From: Camelus dromedarius
Lineage: Eukaryota
Direction: 5' to 3'
DNA length: 64,000 nucleotides
NCBI RefSeq assembly: GCF_036321535.1
Contig: NC_087437.1
Coordinates: 87,174,001 to 87,238,000, forward strand
Shown: positions 39,021 to 53,540 of the stretch, one piece after another
How the letters are laid out: every line of letters begins with the position of its first letter
Numbering within the stretch: the first letter of the stretch is position 1
Notes under the pieces: generated by a model
Database searches by the model: none
The model's input: the letters and a program-made list of their open reading frames with translations, nothing else
What the model was told of the DNA's origin: nothing
Program-made: the position numbers and the translations under genes

Positions 39021-40540
39021 AAACATTCCTGTCTTCTCTCTGACTTGTACACACCCTCTAAACCAAAACTAAACTTCCGGTTTTGAAGGTCTCTTTCCCC
39101 AAGGACCCCAGCTCATTGTTGGTCTCTTCATTTTCTAAACATCTGCTGTTTTACTGTATCCATACCAGTTGTAATTAACAGAGAGTGAGGGGCTTATTTA
39201 TATACACTTTTTTGTACTAACTTACATTTAAATTATTTTCTCCACTCAGCTATTATAGCTCATAAATATGCACCTAATGTTTATAAAAAATAAACAAAAT
39301 AATTCAGCAATTTTACAGATTTTTACTAAAAACTGAAACTTGAGAGACTTTTCTAAGCGTACCCCAGCAAACTGGTGTCCAGTGCTGGAATTTAGTCCCT
39401 AGTTCACAAGGAATCTTTTCAAATTGCTGTCAGCACATATACACTCACATTCCCCCTTTCATCTAGAATCATAGCTATAAATTTCCTTGTGATTTTTCAC
39501 ATTCACTTTTGTATTAAATGCATTCCCATAATCATAAAAGTAATCTTTACTTTGTACCACACTGTGTCTTGATTCTGCAAAAATATGACCATGTTCTTTT
39601 AGAAAAGTATAAGTTAAGTTTCTGAAGGTTGAAACGATAAATGAAAGAACAATGATTTGAATTCCAGGCTTTTTCTTTCAAATGTAATAGTTTATATTCC
39701 ATTAGTCCTCCCTAATGTTTAACAGTGTGAACATTTTGGGTCCTGAGAATTATTCATAACAACAGATGAGTAAAATCACCTAGACATCTTGAATGGTCCT
39801 GACCCTAAGTTAAAACTTCCATATGTGAAAGGAGGTTGGCGGTGGAGAAAGAGGGTCTGTGTCGTTTCGGAGGGCCTTTAATCATAATAAGAAACAGCAC
39901 AAGGAGGTTGTTTTATGTTGGCCAGAAGTAGACAACTGAGTGTATTTTGTAAATTCTAATGTATGTGACTTAGGTATGTTGGGTTGTCTCATTTCATTCC
40001 TTGAACTTGGGATGGGATTTGTAATTGCAATCAGATAAAGCAGAGAACACAGAGATACAGATTAATATGGATGATGATAACTTTTGTGATCCAGAGAAAA
40101 ATGAGTTAAAATACCCAGGAACGTATGTGAAATAAGGTAAACAATCCATGTCACCATCTCAAGGTGAGACAGAAGTCTTTATCAAATGAAAAACTCCTTT
40201 CAAACATTTTTGAATACTTTCTCCACATAGGATGTCTACGATTTAAAAAATCAAAAATCCCACTTTCAGCCTCCTGTAAATGCCTCTCATTTTTAAGAGT
40301 AAAGGTGGATGGATCACTGCAAACAGAATTTGAAAGAAGAGTTTTCTTTCTTGAACTTCAGGATGTACCAGACTATGAAATGTATTGGCAAATTTCATGT
40401 GTTAATACTTAATTTCTATATTTTTAAATTTCTATTACTTATAATATCATGCTTCTATACAGAATGTAGAATGTATGTACTTACGTACATAATACCATAC
40501 TAGATTTATGTTAGGTTTTTCTAAAATAATATATGGGTGG

Positions 40541-41009
40541 TGTATTAGTTAGTAATTATGTTCTACTAGTAGTGATAGAACTGGGAAAAGCATCATTAAT
40601 ATACAAGGTCTAATTTTTTCACATAAAGAGCTTGGAAGTAGGCAGTTTGTAACTGCTATGGTAGCTCCCTGAAATCATCAGTGGGCCAGGCTTCTCACAC
40701 CTCTTCTCTACACCGCCCCAGTAGGTAGCTCACATCCTGGTATCACAAGATCATTACTGCACCACCAGTCAATACCCAAATGCCAGATCCCCTGTACAGC
40801 ATCCTCGTAGAAATCCCATACACCTGCTTACATCACATTGATCAAAACTTTGTCATATGCACACATTCTGATTCAACAGAAGCTGGGAAATGTATTCCTT
40901 TAGTAGGATACAATGTCCCTCTGAATAAAATAGGATCCTTCTCATTAGGAGAAAGGATTGAATGGATTTTGGAGTAGGTAATTAGACACAAATGATTTTC
41001 AGTGGCACA
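40541..41009 (-). mobile_element. MaLR LTR, MLT1J/K-like
   Basis: tgtattagttag start; ggaagtaggcagt; gaagctgggaaatgtattcttt-like; gaatggattttggagtaggtaattag..ggcaca end. Confidence 0.65.
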
Positions 41010-42121
41010 CAATCCAGCCATGAAAACTGGATCTACCTCTCTGCTGTTTTTAAGAATCATCAATTGCCTCATTCCCCTTATAATAATACTTAATGTGTTC
41101 ATAATGTTTCTCTCGTTACCAAAGTTAAAGCATTGAGCATGTCTTCACCCATAAGATTTAGTCCTGAGCATAATCAGGAAAAGGTGTTAGAACTTGTCCA
41201 AATTTATAAGAAGCAAATCCTATACTAAATTTATAAAAGACAAATTTATAAAAGTCTTACAGATACATATGATGCTGTATTCTGCCTGTATCAGTCTGTC
41301 ATTCTGTTTTACATGAGGTAAGTAATTAATGGCTTGGGAAAAATACATATTAAATTCAAACTGATACCTGGTAACACTACAGTGACCTAGAATATTGACC
41401 TATTTATAATCAGTATTTTGAAGCTTTCTCAAAGGTGTATACATGCATTTGGAGAAGTTACAGTAATTTTCAAATTCTGGAAATGACCATTGATCATGGA
41501 ATGAAGAATGCCATCTATGATCTACACTAGTAGGTCTCTCAAATGAGGTACATTGTCCCCTGCTATTGATATGTCTTTTAGCCTTTTTCATTTCTTCTTT
41601 TCTCAATATTTCCTCTTTGTTATAATCTGTCTATACATATAAAATATAAACAAGTACACATATACTAGGAATATGTGTCAAATTCTACTGTCCAAATTTC
41701 CTGAAGGCCACTGATAATTTTACATCTAATTCAGAATTCAAGGTATTTGTTTGATCAAACATCCCCTGTGGAAGTCTAGTTGTTATCACTTTGACTTTCA
41801 TATCTGCAGTGTCCATTGTGTGATTAGACATAACTGAACTTAGTAAGCACTTAATTAATCAGGACGCCTTTCACATGCCACTGATACCCTTTACGAGTCA
41901 TATCCTTTTCTATCCCAAATGTGTCACTGAACAGAGAGCCAGAGGTTTGAGAAATGGATATAAAGCAACAGGACCCATTGCTTATGTCGGCTGTATTCCT
42001 ACTTGAGAACAAGCTGAAACTTGTACGAAAGAATACATTTTGCTGCCTTTACTTGCAAATCCTATTACCAATTTTATTCCTTTATTACAAGGCCTAAGAG
42101 GAGGACAGAAAAACAAGCCAC

Positions 42122-42300
42122 AGGGATGTAATACATAGCATAATGAATACAGTCAATATATCATAATAACTTTGTATGGTGACAAATGGTAATTAGACTT
42201 ATCATGGTGATCATTTCATGATGTATAAAAATATCAAATCACTGTTATACCTCTGAAATTAAGAAAATATTATGTATCAATTACAATTCAATTAAAAAAA
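42122..42300 (+). mobile_element. L1 3' terminal fragment with poly(A)
   Basis: ataactttgtatggtgacaaatggtaattagacttatcatggtgatcatttc..atcaattacaattcaattaaaaaaa. Confidence 0.85.
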
Positions 42301-43424
42301 CTGGTTTATCTCACAGATCATACCCACCTGAAGACTGACTGGGTCCACATACGAGAATGGTTTTATTAAGAATGTTTATAATGGACATTATTTTAAAAAA
42401 AAACTACTATATGTTTACCTGAAGAATCTCTGTATGAAAGAAAAAACATTATATGTACATGTGTGTCTGTGTTATGTCTGTATATCTCTGTAGGTGCATA
42501 TATACACATACACAGCTAAAATAAAGTATTTCTAACACGTTTGATTTAGAAAAATTAAGTAAATTTATTAGGAGCAAAATTTTGAGAACAATGATTTTAG
42601 ACAAAATAATATCACTTTTCTAATCTTCTGCCTCTCCCCTTTCCCTGTCTTTCTTTCTCAAATAAATCACCAGAAAAAAAAAATGTTCTTCATAGAAATC
42701 ACTTTTAATCCCTGTGAAAAAAAAGAAATTTGTCTATTTTTATGAAAATAGATTTAATTGTATTTTTATCTTGTTGAACGCTCTATCAGATCCCATGGCA
42801 TTTTCAGATGCATGTTATTGATAGCATAAGATTGATATGACTATTATTCCTTAACTTGTTTTAAATTATACAACTAAAGTCCATCAACCAACTGTTATTT
42901 TTCAATGAGTAGATTATGCCTATTCTGACTTTTTTCTCTACTCTCATCAAACTCTCACAGCCTAATCATCAGCTTTGGGAACTAAGAAGTATAAACAATT
43001 ACAATTCACCATCACTACAGATTCAAAGTGTTTGGAAAATGAGAAGCAAACCAATATTTGGGAATTTGTTTAACCAAAAATAAATAATTGCATGGTATTG
43101 TAAAAATTACAAAAATGTAGAAGAAATATACCTTGTCATCTTACAAGTGATACTATGCAAAGAAACGAATGTCCTGATGTGTCCAGATATTTCCTAAATA
43201 AATTGTATTGAAAGGTCTGTTATAACTTTAGATCAAGACTTATGTAAAACAAAAACAAAATAGACTCAAAAAAGAAGTCCTCATTAAGTGTAAAATGGAA
43301 GGAACACATGGACCAAGACTTCTTTGGTAAACTCAGAATTCAAAACAACATGTGTAAAACTAGAAGTATACACAGAAAGTCAAAGCAAATACAAAGCAGC
43401 GTCATACACAGAGGAACCTCAAGT

Positions 43425-43890
43425 ACCCACTGTGAAGTGAATGAAGCCTTTCTGAAAAGGCTATATACAATATGATTCCAGCTACAGGACATTCTAGAAA
43501 AGGCAAAACTACAGAGACAGTAAAAGGTCAGTGTTGCCACGGGAAGGGAAAGGGATGAATAGGTACAATTTTGATTTCTAGCGTAGGGAAAGTGTTCTGT
43601 GTGATACTGAAGTGATACATACATATATTACACATTTGGTAAAACCTAGAAACTTGTACAACATAAAGAGTGCACTCAGATGTAAACTATGGACTGTAGT
43701 TAAAATACTGTATCAATATAGGTTCATCAAATTTATTGTACATCCTACAGCATTGCAAGATGATAATTATACAGGAAACTGAGGAGGAGCAGAGTAGATG
43801 TGAACTCTCTGCAGTGGACTCTACTCTCCATTCAACTCTCCTATAAATCTAAAACTGCTCTAAGAAATAAAGTCTATTATTAAAAAAAAA
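43425..43890 (+). mobile_element. L1MC/L1MB-type 3' UTR fragment
   Basis: aaaggctatatacaatatgattcca..gacattctagaaaaggcaaaactacagagacagtaaaa; tgtaaactatggact; taaatctaaaactgctctaagaaataaagtctattattaaaaaaaaa. Confidence 0.85.
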
Positions 43891-43964
43891 CTTAAACTGA
43901 TGAGAGTTACACTTATACATGGTAAAATATATTACTGAATAGAAATTGGTGGGAAAAAATTTCC

Positions 43965-44245
43965 TGCATACTAAATGCAACGTGGTACCCTGGACTGGAT
44001 ACTGGAACAGAAGCAGGATGTTAGCGGAAAAACTGGTGAAATCAGAATAAAATCTGTAATTTAGTTTACTATTAACTACTGTATCAATGTGAATTTCTTA
44101 GGTTTTAGAAATATCACAATGCTTATATAAGATCTGAACATTAGGGGAAATTTGTGTATTTGGTAGTATATATGGGATTTATCCGTACTATCTTTGCCAC
44201 TTTTCTGTAAAGCTAAAATAACACCAAAATAAGCAAAATTTTAAA
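43965..44245 (+). mobile_element. L1MC3/4-type 3' fragment
   Basis: taaatgcaacgtggtaccctggactggatactggaacagaa..aaaactggtgaaatcagaataaaatctgta. Confidence 0.8.
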
Positions 44246-44911
44246 ACAGCATGAAAAACTATTATGAAATAATCAACAGCTAGAATTAAATTTCCAACAC
44301 TGCAGCCCATACTCCTGTTTGGCTCTGAAAGCTGGGTGTACAAGAACGAGAAAAAATGTACCAGTTCACCACAAACTCCTTGTGGTCAGGGATTGTTTCT
44401 CACTCTCTTTTGACTCTAAAATGTCTAGTGGAGGAAGGGCTTATCCATGTTCAATGACTAATTCTCAATTACCTAGACTCAAATAAAAACAAAGATCTTC
44501 TGAAGCCACTTTATTAGTACAGCTTGTGTTGTAGTAATTAAAATGACAGCTTTTTTCTTTAACTTGAATAACTGCTCACAGAGAAGCCACATTATATATT
44601 CCAAGAGAAAGATAAAGTATTACTAGAAAAGCAAAGAGAAATCTGGTCCCATTAAAAACAGTATCTTTTCTCCCAAACTACACAGTTTCTTTTGTAAGCC
44701 AAGCGCTTCATTTTTCAGATTCATTACATTTTATAAAATTCCCTCTAAATAATATTTAGAAATTCTTCCATATTAAGACATGGACTAATCAGCTAAAAGG
44801 TCAAAAGGGGATTTCCCCATCCTATTGCTGAACATGTTACAGCTGGTTAACTGTTCAGTCAATTTAATTCTTTAAATGTAGTCTTTAGTTAGTACCGCGA
44901 TAAGTTCATGC

Positions 44912-44939
44912 TTTTTTTTTTTTTTTTTTTTTTTTTTTT
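44912..44939. repeat. poly(T)28
   Basis: Directly visible. Confidence 0.95.
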
Positions 44940-46179
44940 GAAGAAGCATTAAATAAACCTCTGCTGGGTGAGGTTCTTGAAAGATCTGATGGATCAGTAT
45001 ACTAAATCTCAATTGATTATAAGAATAAAAATAGGAATTATGTACACTTTAAGGAAACAACCGTCCTTTATGTAAGAAAGAAATCTATCTTTGGTACACC
45101 TCAACCATGGTATTTCTTGAGATACGTCGTAATCTTCCAAGGTGACAATTCAGACCTATGTCTGTTTCCTAAGGACATATTCTAAGGAACATATAAATTT
45201 AAGTAACATATCTTATTTCAATCTTTTGCCTGTAAGTGCCTTGAGATGTCTCATGCTCTATTTGTTTATACTTACTCCCTATGGAAAATTTCTGCTTCTG
45301 TAACAGGTTAAGCAATTATTCCTCTCCTGTTTAAACACTGTTTTAAAACCTGCCTGTGTCTCTGTTGAGAATCATAATTTGTACCAATGTTACATCTGAT
45401 CATCTCAGGGGTTTTACTGAATAGTGAGAGAAGAGCTATCTGGTGAGAATTTCCTAAGATTGTCATTGTTTAAAATTCTGTTTAAATTTTTGTCTTTTAT
45501 TTTTTAATCATTCACTCTTTGTCTATCACATAGCATGAGTGCATTCCGTAATATTTATTCAGAAATCACCTGTTTTATACCATAAATACCACATAACATA
45601 AAATTAATATTGGAATGAAAGCTTTACTTTTTGCTTCGGGTAGCCTCTGCTGCCAAAATGCCCACAGGTGGATCTGCCAGAACTCCAAAAGTGCGTTATA
45701 TGATTCTCTGCAACTGCCCATGGCTGTCTTAAAATTTAGCCTTCATAGCATCTGTATTTCTCTGTAATTTAGGAATGACTCACAATATTTGGGCAACGAT
45801 ACAAAATTTCAAATACTAGAATAGCATGTAAGATACTACTACGTATCTTGTGATATGTGTTACAGATACAGATCTGTGTGTTTACATATATATGCATGAA
45901 TATAAATATATATGTATACTATATATCAGCCATTAGCAATGCAATTCGTATCTATAGGGGTGCTCTCATACAGTTGGTTCTAAAGCACTCTAAAATTCAA
46001 GAAACTTTGATCTAGGAGAAACTAAGACACACGTCAGTCATCATCAATCACACATAATATCAAAAAATATATCCTATAATTCTCCATATCCTATATCCAG
46101 CTGACATCATTTTTTATAGGATACCATAAGTGACCAGTCTCCATCACTTGCTTTCTTTGCCCTGACAGATATCTTTCTT

Positions 46180-47017
46180 GGATGACCTTAATAAGCCAAC
46201 TGTTCTTTGCACCTGTATTCTAAGTCCACAGAGTAAACTTCCTAATTCCTAGACTGCTAAACAATTTTCCATGAAAAGAATACAAACCCCTTGGCATGGT
46301 GTATGAGACTCTTCATAATCCAGTCTAGAATTCTGTTTTTTCCTTCCCAGATTCCATCTCCTACTCTTCTCTATCCACTTTCAGATGACACGAGCTATGT
46401 TTTTCTCTCAACATACAATGCTGTTTTACAGTCTGTGCTCTGTGTGATGCCCAGTAACATAGACCTGATAAATTCCTACTCAACTTTAAAGCTTCACAAC
46501 CTCTCGATGTAATTTTCCCTGACTCATGTCAAGCGGAACTTGAATGACAGACTCTATGTAATTTTATTGTATCTACTGTGTGTCTTAATTGATGACTGTC
46601 ATTATACTGTAGTTGCTGGTCCATGGATTGGTCTCTTCCACCAGATGAAGCTTCACAAGGAAATATTTTTCTTACCTCTCTTATAGGAGGCAATATATAG
46701 TAGTGGTGATGCACATAACATAACAAGTCAGAATACCTGGTTTTCATTCCTGACTCCATCACTTACTGAGTGTATGATCACATTTGAGTTATTTAAATTG
46801 GGGGAAAAGGGGTTTACTTTCTAATTCTGTAAAATGAAGGTAAAATGTCACAGGATTATTGTGGGGATTAAACGAGCTGATATATGGAAAGCACTAAAAT
46901 AGAACATAGCACATTGTAGAAATTTTAGCTATTGGTATTGTTTGCATCTCCACTGCCTATGATAGTGCCTACCACATCATAGAAGCAGACAATCACTGCA
47001 CAACAGGATGAATGAAT
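46180..47017 (+). mobile_element. L2 3' fragment with nested MIR (~46700-46935)
   Basis: L2-like ctcttccaccagatgaagcttcacaagg before the MIR and catctccactgcctatgatagtgcctaccacat..gatgaatgaat after it. MIR core: ctgtaaaatg..caggattattgtggggattaaacgag. Confidence 0.7.
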
Positions 47018-48044
47018 CCTGATATACTAAAGATTTCACAAATCCCCTTCATACTACATAAACTATTCAGAATTCCACAGATTCTAGAAACTAATATGAC
47101 TCCATATAATTTCCTTTCTAAAATAATGCTACCACCCTTAGTCCTCTCCAAAATGTTTTATACTCCTAAGATTTTCTTTATTTTATTTAAGAAATGAAAA
47201 AACATTTATTTTAGAACAGATGATTACTATGGTAGATTTCACCACAAAATAATTCTGGGTTATAAAACTCCTGCGTTAATTTTTATATTCTAGTTTCCAA
47301 AGTTCATTAAAGAACTAATTTGTTATCCTAATTTATAGTTATCACATTTTTTGAAAGCTACATAAGAGTACCAAGTATTTCCGTAAAATATCCAACAAAA
47401 AATACTGACCATTTTAGCAGTTCAGAAGGCAAAAATGTGGCTAACAATTTTGAAACATTTTAAATCTTGAAGAGGATTTATTGGCTAGAAGGTAACACCT
47501 CTAACTTTCCTGTCTGGAGACTGGTCACATTAAAATGACATACTAATTTTTAAAAAGGTCTCAAAACATTCTTTGGTTCTTATGAAAACTGGAAGTAGAT
47601 GAAATTTGTTTTGGTTATGAGCTAACATTTAAAAATACTCTTTCAATGCAAGTAAATTTAGATATATATTTGAATCTAAGATGAAAATCAATTCTGAGTT
47701 GATAGAGAATGAGTTAAGAATCTCTAGTCAGAAAGTGACAGCTCAGTCCCTGGATCATAAATCAAGCTGTGATGAGGGGATATGCACATACGAGAGAATG
47801 GAGGGCTGATAATAATCTTATACAACCCAATTTTCCTCTTGGCCTTATGAAAGATCAGCATTTTTCAACAGCAGAGAAAAGTAGCTCTATGTTGACTGAT
47901 GTATTGGATTTGGTTACTATTTAGGGTGCTGTAAGGTATGACACTCAGACAAAATAGTCCTGAAATTCTATGCAGTATAGTCTGTTAAATATTAAATCAC
48001 AATCTCGCATCTTTCTTTGGTACTGTCCACAGACCAAGACAGAG

Positions 48045-48200
48045 AGGAGTAATGAAAAGACCACTGAACCCGGACCTGGCAAGCAATGATAGGACCTTGA
48101 GCAAGTCACTAACTCCCTGGGCCTCCACTGCTTTTCTACATAATTAAGGAGTTACACGAGATGATTTCTAAGTCTCTGCTGGCCCTCAAATTGATTACTC
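48045..48200 (+). mobile_element. MIR (MIR3/MIRc-like) fragment
   Basis: gaccttgagcaagtcactaactccctgggcctc..gagatgatttctaag. Confidence 0.65.
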
Positions 48201-49777
48201 ATTCAAACATAGTCTACTGCTCCAAATAAGATAAAATTTTGCCCCCTTCATGAAAAAGTGAAGCAGCTCCATCAATAAATATTTTCACAAAATTCTACAC
48301 AGTTATTTTCGGTTTATGACCACGTTGTTGTTTACTGCTTTTTTCAACACTGAAGAGAATAGTTAAATTTAAATCAATACTGTCACTAATTCTACTTTAA
48401 AAAATTATTACCCAGCACCTCCATCCAACACTGAGAATAGAGATGACAAATGGTTCTAGGGCACAGTTTACAAAATTGAATTCATATCGCCCACAACTTT
48501 AAATGCCATTTAAGACTTTTGAGTTAATCCATGAAGTTTACGGCTAGCAGCTTTCTTGATGCCCGTGGCATGGAATAAGTATCCAAGCGTAGACTGGGAG
48601 TTAAAGTTCTTTGAAATCATCACATTGTGTCTTCCTCTCTCCCTGCACTGGCTGAATCTCCCTGGTTGCTGGGGTCACTTTGTGTCACTTCATGTTGAGA
48701 AGGGAGATCACCCTTTACATTTGTCTAACGTTTAGCTTATTCTTAACCTCACACCCAAAGAACATTAACCAGTACTGTCACATGGAAGGGGAATTCAATT
48801 ACTTTTACTATTACAGCATCTTATGCCCTCTTTTTTTTTTTTTTCTGTTGCTTTGTCTTCCTTACTAGATGATTTTCCTTCCTTTACTCGATAATTTTCA
48901 TTTCTACTGAGTCCCCCAAGGTCTTACAACTTAATTCGCCAAATTTAGCTTCTCTTTATTTTACACCTTTATTACAAAAGAACGATCTGTTAATAAAAAT
49001 TCTTTTTGATTATTTTTTAGAAAAATCCCTTCTTTGAGTATGTGCAAAATAATGAAAATTCAACCTATACCAAATCACCAAGATATACAACCCAAGGAAT
49101 AGAGGGTCAATCCTAGGTTCCTATAATCATGGGAACTTTCAGTGAGTTCCAACTGCTTTTTCTGACTCCTCTCTGTTCTTCAATTACAGCATCTTCCATA
49201 ATCACTTTTTAAAAATACTGCCTTTGAATAATCTCCAATATCTTTAGTGGGACACATAATCCATCATAAGCTGACCTTGGGAACTTTCTAGGAATATTTC
49301 ATAGTCACTTCCCAGACAATTTTCTTATATTCTAGTCACTCCTTGATGGGGAACTTTCATATTCCTTATTTCAATTTTGCTATCGCTTAATTCATGACTT
49401 TTCAAGTCTTTTGGTTTTGATATTATCTCTTTTATCATGAGCAATGGATGCAGGGGTTTAAATACCTTCAGTATTTGTGAATATTTACAAACTAAGTTCC
49501 AGGATTACATGACAGAAATGTGATGATTCTAAAGTGAATCCCTGTCACAAAGCAGCTAAGAATAGATTCCCTGAGTTGCTGGCAAAATACCTATTTATCT
49601 TGCTGTGTATTTATTGTAAAATTCTAAATTTAAAAACATCCAGAGCTATATTAATCATGAATCATGCACAGGGCTGCATTAATTAAGAGTTTGGAATGAA
49701 CTACAGCACTGTATCAAGAGGCAGCTGAATACCTTAGTAATACCTGTCTCATTATGGCAGATAATGATTTTCTAGCA

Positions 49778-49912
49778 CAGTGATTCCCAAACTTCAACAG
49801 CATCAGAATCACATGGAGGGCCTGTGACAAAACAGATTGCTGAGCCCTGATCCCAGGATTTGTAATGGAGTAGTAGGTCTTGATTGGAAGCCCAGGGTTT
49901 TATAATTCTAAT
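49778..49912. mobile_element. MER5A-like hAT-Charlie element (partial)
   Basis: cagtgattcccaaactt..gcatcagaatcacatggagggcctgtgacaaaacagattgctgagccc. Confidence 0.8.
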
Positions 49913-49957
49913 AATTACTGTTTACAAATTAAAAAGTAAGAATTTCAATGTATTACT

Positions 49958-49960
<3 letters not shown>

Positions 49961-50000
<40 letters not shown>
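49961..50000. repeat. (TA)20 microsatellite
   Basis: Directly visible. Confidence 0.95.
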
Positions 50001-50001
<1 letters not shown>

Positions 50002-53000
50002 CTATATGTGACTATAGTTTAATACATGCAGTTTTATATATACTACACACACATACACACATATATTTATACATGTTAGACTGCATTGTTAACAGATGAA
50101 TAAAAATAACCTGCAAGCTTAGACTACTCAGAAAACTGAGTACACTGTCCCCCTCAATGTTTTCCTTCCTCTGTCCCATGTAAAGGGGATGATTTCAGCA
50201 ACTCGCAAGAAATCTGAGATAATGCATTGATAGTTTTTCTTCATATACCACTTCCTGAGTAAAGTGAGCATTCTGAGTAGAAAAAAAAAAAAACTGATGG
50301 TAATCAATGGGCTATTAAGGTTGCAGAAATATTTCACGTGGCTTGTCTTGTAAATGCTATAACCTTTCACTGTTCTCAGGTCCAATGGCTATCATTTGGG
50401 ACATGGGACTTATTTAGAAAGTGTTTTACACCAAATTTTTTTTACAGGCCAAATTTCATTTCTTTTTTTTTAATCTTCCAAAAGACATTAACCACTAGAG
50501 AATAATAAATGTAAAGGTCAAAACCATTAATTCATGAAATTAAAAAAAAAATAAAGGAGAAAAGTAAATAAGCAAAATTTTTGTGAAAAATATTTTTATA
50601 AATTCTTACCAAAATTCTTGACTTATACTTAATGGAATGACAGAATAGAAACTTGTCTCTATTGGAATACATGTTATATTTACAACCTGTATTCAAACGA
50701 AAACTTAGAAGCTTGAAAATGCAGTGTTTATTCTAAGTAAGTTCTTAAAAATATTAAGGGAACTAGACATTTCTTAGCAATACAGAAACTGATATTCAGT
50801 CTGCCATATACTATTTTGCACATGTATCAACAAGTTTAATGTCAAATGAGTATGAAAGCCATTCTTTTTTAAGTTTAATAACTATACTTTTGGCTACTTT
50901 GATTTTAATAATTATTCCTTTTAGATCAGAAAGTACATTCATTTGATGTTGCATAAATTAAAAATGTTTGGTGTCAAAAAGTTATTATGTTTTAGAAATG
51001 CTATCAATACAAGAAACCACTAAAAGTAAAACTTTGTATTTGATTTGAAATGTTTTAAATGCTACTTTAAAAATAAATATGAAATGATCATAATGAATTT
51101 ATGAAATAGTTAAATATTCAAATTAGAAATGAAAATTATTTAAGTATATCTTAGCTTTTTACATAACTTTATAGTTACTGCATGTTATGTAAGAATCATG
51201 TAGCACAAATTTATGATTAAAGGTGAAATGAGTAAAATCCATCCAAATATGTTTCAAGTCTCCTCTACTTTAACTCCCACAAAGCTATATATCAAAGTAA
51301 AAGGAGCAAAGTATATTACATGTCATATTTTAAAATTATAATCCAATCCCCAAAATATAAACAAATGCTGTTTTGATGCAGAGAGAAGCACTCACATAGA
51401 AATATACATTAGCAGTGGAAAATATTTTCTATTTTTCAGCACTAACAAAAATTGTTAAAACAAATACAATATTTTAATTTTATAAATTAAATGTTGCTAG
51501 AATAATTCTACCTTTACTGATTTCTACCACTTATCCACTTACCCCTTCTTTTATAGTGTGTTTTGTTTCAAGGAAAGCTTCAAAAAAAACCTGTAAAACT
51601 GTCATGTTTTTCTCATTTGATCAGACTTCCTTCCTTGAAAGCTCAGCACAATAGGGTGAAAGTGACATATTTACAACGTAGCATTGTTCATTTTAGGCAG
51701 AAAAATTTCAAATGACCAAGAATCACATATCACATATGTCAAAAAATTTGATTTTTCCTGGTTCAACTATTCAGCATATGAAGCAGAATTTGGACTGTGA
51801 CTCATAAAGGCAGCATCCCAGGTGGTTACTGCTGACACCCAGTTGTCAAAATATTCTTCCAGCATTTCAGACACCATTCACAAAGTGAAAGCTAGAAATC
51901 CACTACTTAAGACTTTTTGAATCCAGACTTCACAAACAGCAATAATTCCACTACTGAAGGCAAATTATACTACACTTGAGACTTGTTTTACAGAGTATTT
52001 TTATTATTTGCATTACTCTCTATGATTCATTCAATTCTAAACATTTCTTGTTTTAGTTAAATAGAATTTATTTGCAGGATTCTGGCTTTGTATCCTTAGA
52101 TAACAATCTATATAATTTTCAACACAGAGCTGTCTTTAGCTATTTTTCTTTTTCAGTTAACTTCCAATTCATAGGCTTGTAGTATTTTCTAAATATATTT
52201 AACAAAATAGCTCTGCTAGTATAGAAAATAACATATATAATATAGACATAGATATACATCTATACATTTATATCTTATATGTGTATATTTGTATCATATA
52301 TATGTACAAGTACATATATAATATATACACTATAGTATGTATATATATTGTAATTTTACTTAACTTTATGCCATTAAAAAGACAATGAAGTTATTAACAG
52401 ACACCATTTAAAATAAGAGACTAGAATTCATCAAATATTTCTCAACAAATGCAAAATCAATGTTTATTTAGTTATCCTTGCTTATTTTGGAAAGCTTTTA
52501 TTATTCACTTATTTCAGTAATTTAAATTTATGGACAAATAACCCAAGAACTTTAAATGAGAATAAAAGAGAGAATTTCATGAAATGAAAATTGGTCTCAA
52601 AAAGCTTTCAGTTTCCAAACTGAGATAAATATCAATGAAATAATTGTAGTAATATGTCATTACAAGCTGTGAAGATACGTCAAAGAACAAGTAGATGAGC
52701 TTAACAGGTGTTATGTACTAGTCTGGGGGGTGGCAAAGGGTGGTATGTAAGAGTTAGAAGGTCTTCCTGAAGAAGAAATGTTAATATTTTGAAGAAATTC
52801 TAATCACGTAACAATTTAAAATAAATAAATTGGACACCCAACTACCTTATTTTAATTATTTCCATTCAGAATGTGGTTCAAGAGTATATTCAAACTTTAC
52901 TCTGTGCAGATTCAATGAAATAACAGTCATGTGCTGTCAAAGGCAATATTTTGGGCTCTTAATTGAGAAGAGGTGTTTGCTGGCATCTCAGGCAGTATCA

Positions 53001-53129
53001 GTTTTCCTTCTCCAAAATTCAGCTCCAAGACACTTGCATCAAAGTGTAGACTGAGATTTAAGGAGACACAGTGAATTTAGCAAAAGATTTTGGATTAGAA
53101 TGGGAAAACCTCAAAACTCATCTAAGAAT

Positions 53130-53400
53130 AGGAAATGACATTTGTATAGCTCTTTCACATACATTAGTTTATACACATACACACACTCATAGATACATAG
53201 AAACATACCATTTATTCAAATGTCATTTACTCTAAAGTGTATAGAAATTACTATTATCCCTTGTTTAAAAGTGAGAATAAATGTTAATAAGGGTTAACTG
53301 GCCTGTGTAAGATCTTACAGCAATAAATGGTAAAGCCAGTATTCAAATGCAGATATGCCAATTCTAAACGATGTGCCTTATGTGCCTTTTCTATATTACT
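53130..53400 (-). mobile_element. MIR SINE
   Basis: tactattatcccttgttt..gtgagaa..gggttaactggcctgtgtaagatcttacagcaataaatggtaaagccagtattcaaa. Confidence 0.7.
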
Positions 53401-53540
53401 GTTCTACCTGTTATCTATGACAGCACACTAAAGCACAAAAAACATAACCTGGGAAAATACAAATAACACTGGAGGAAGGAATTATGGACTGCCATAGCCT
53501 CGATTTGGAAATTAGGATATTTGACCAGGAGATAAAGCAT

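Noticed and set aside
45170..45211. Three TAAG(G/T)(A)ACATAT-like units (similar ATGAGTTTT x3 at 57354-57387)
   Set aside because: Short degenerate tandem repeats expected in AT-rich mammalian DNA.
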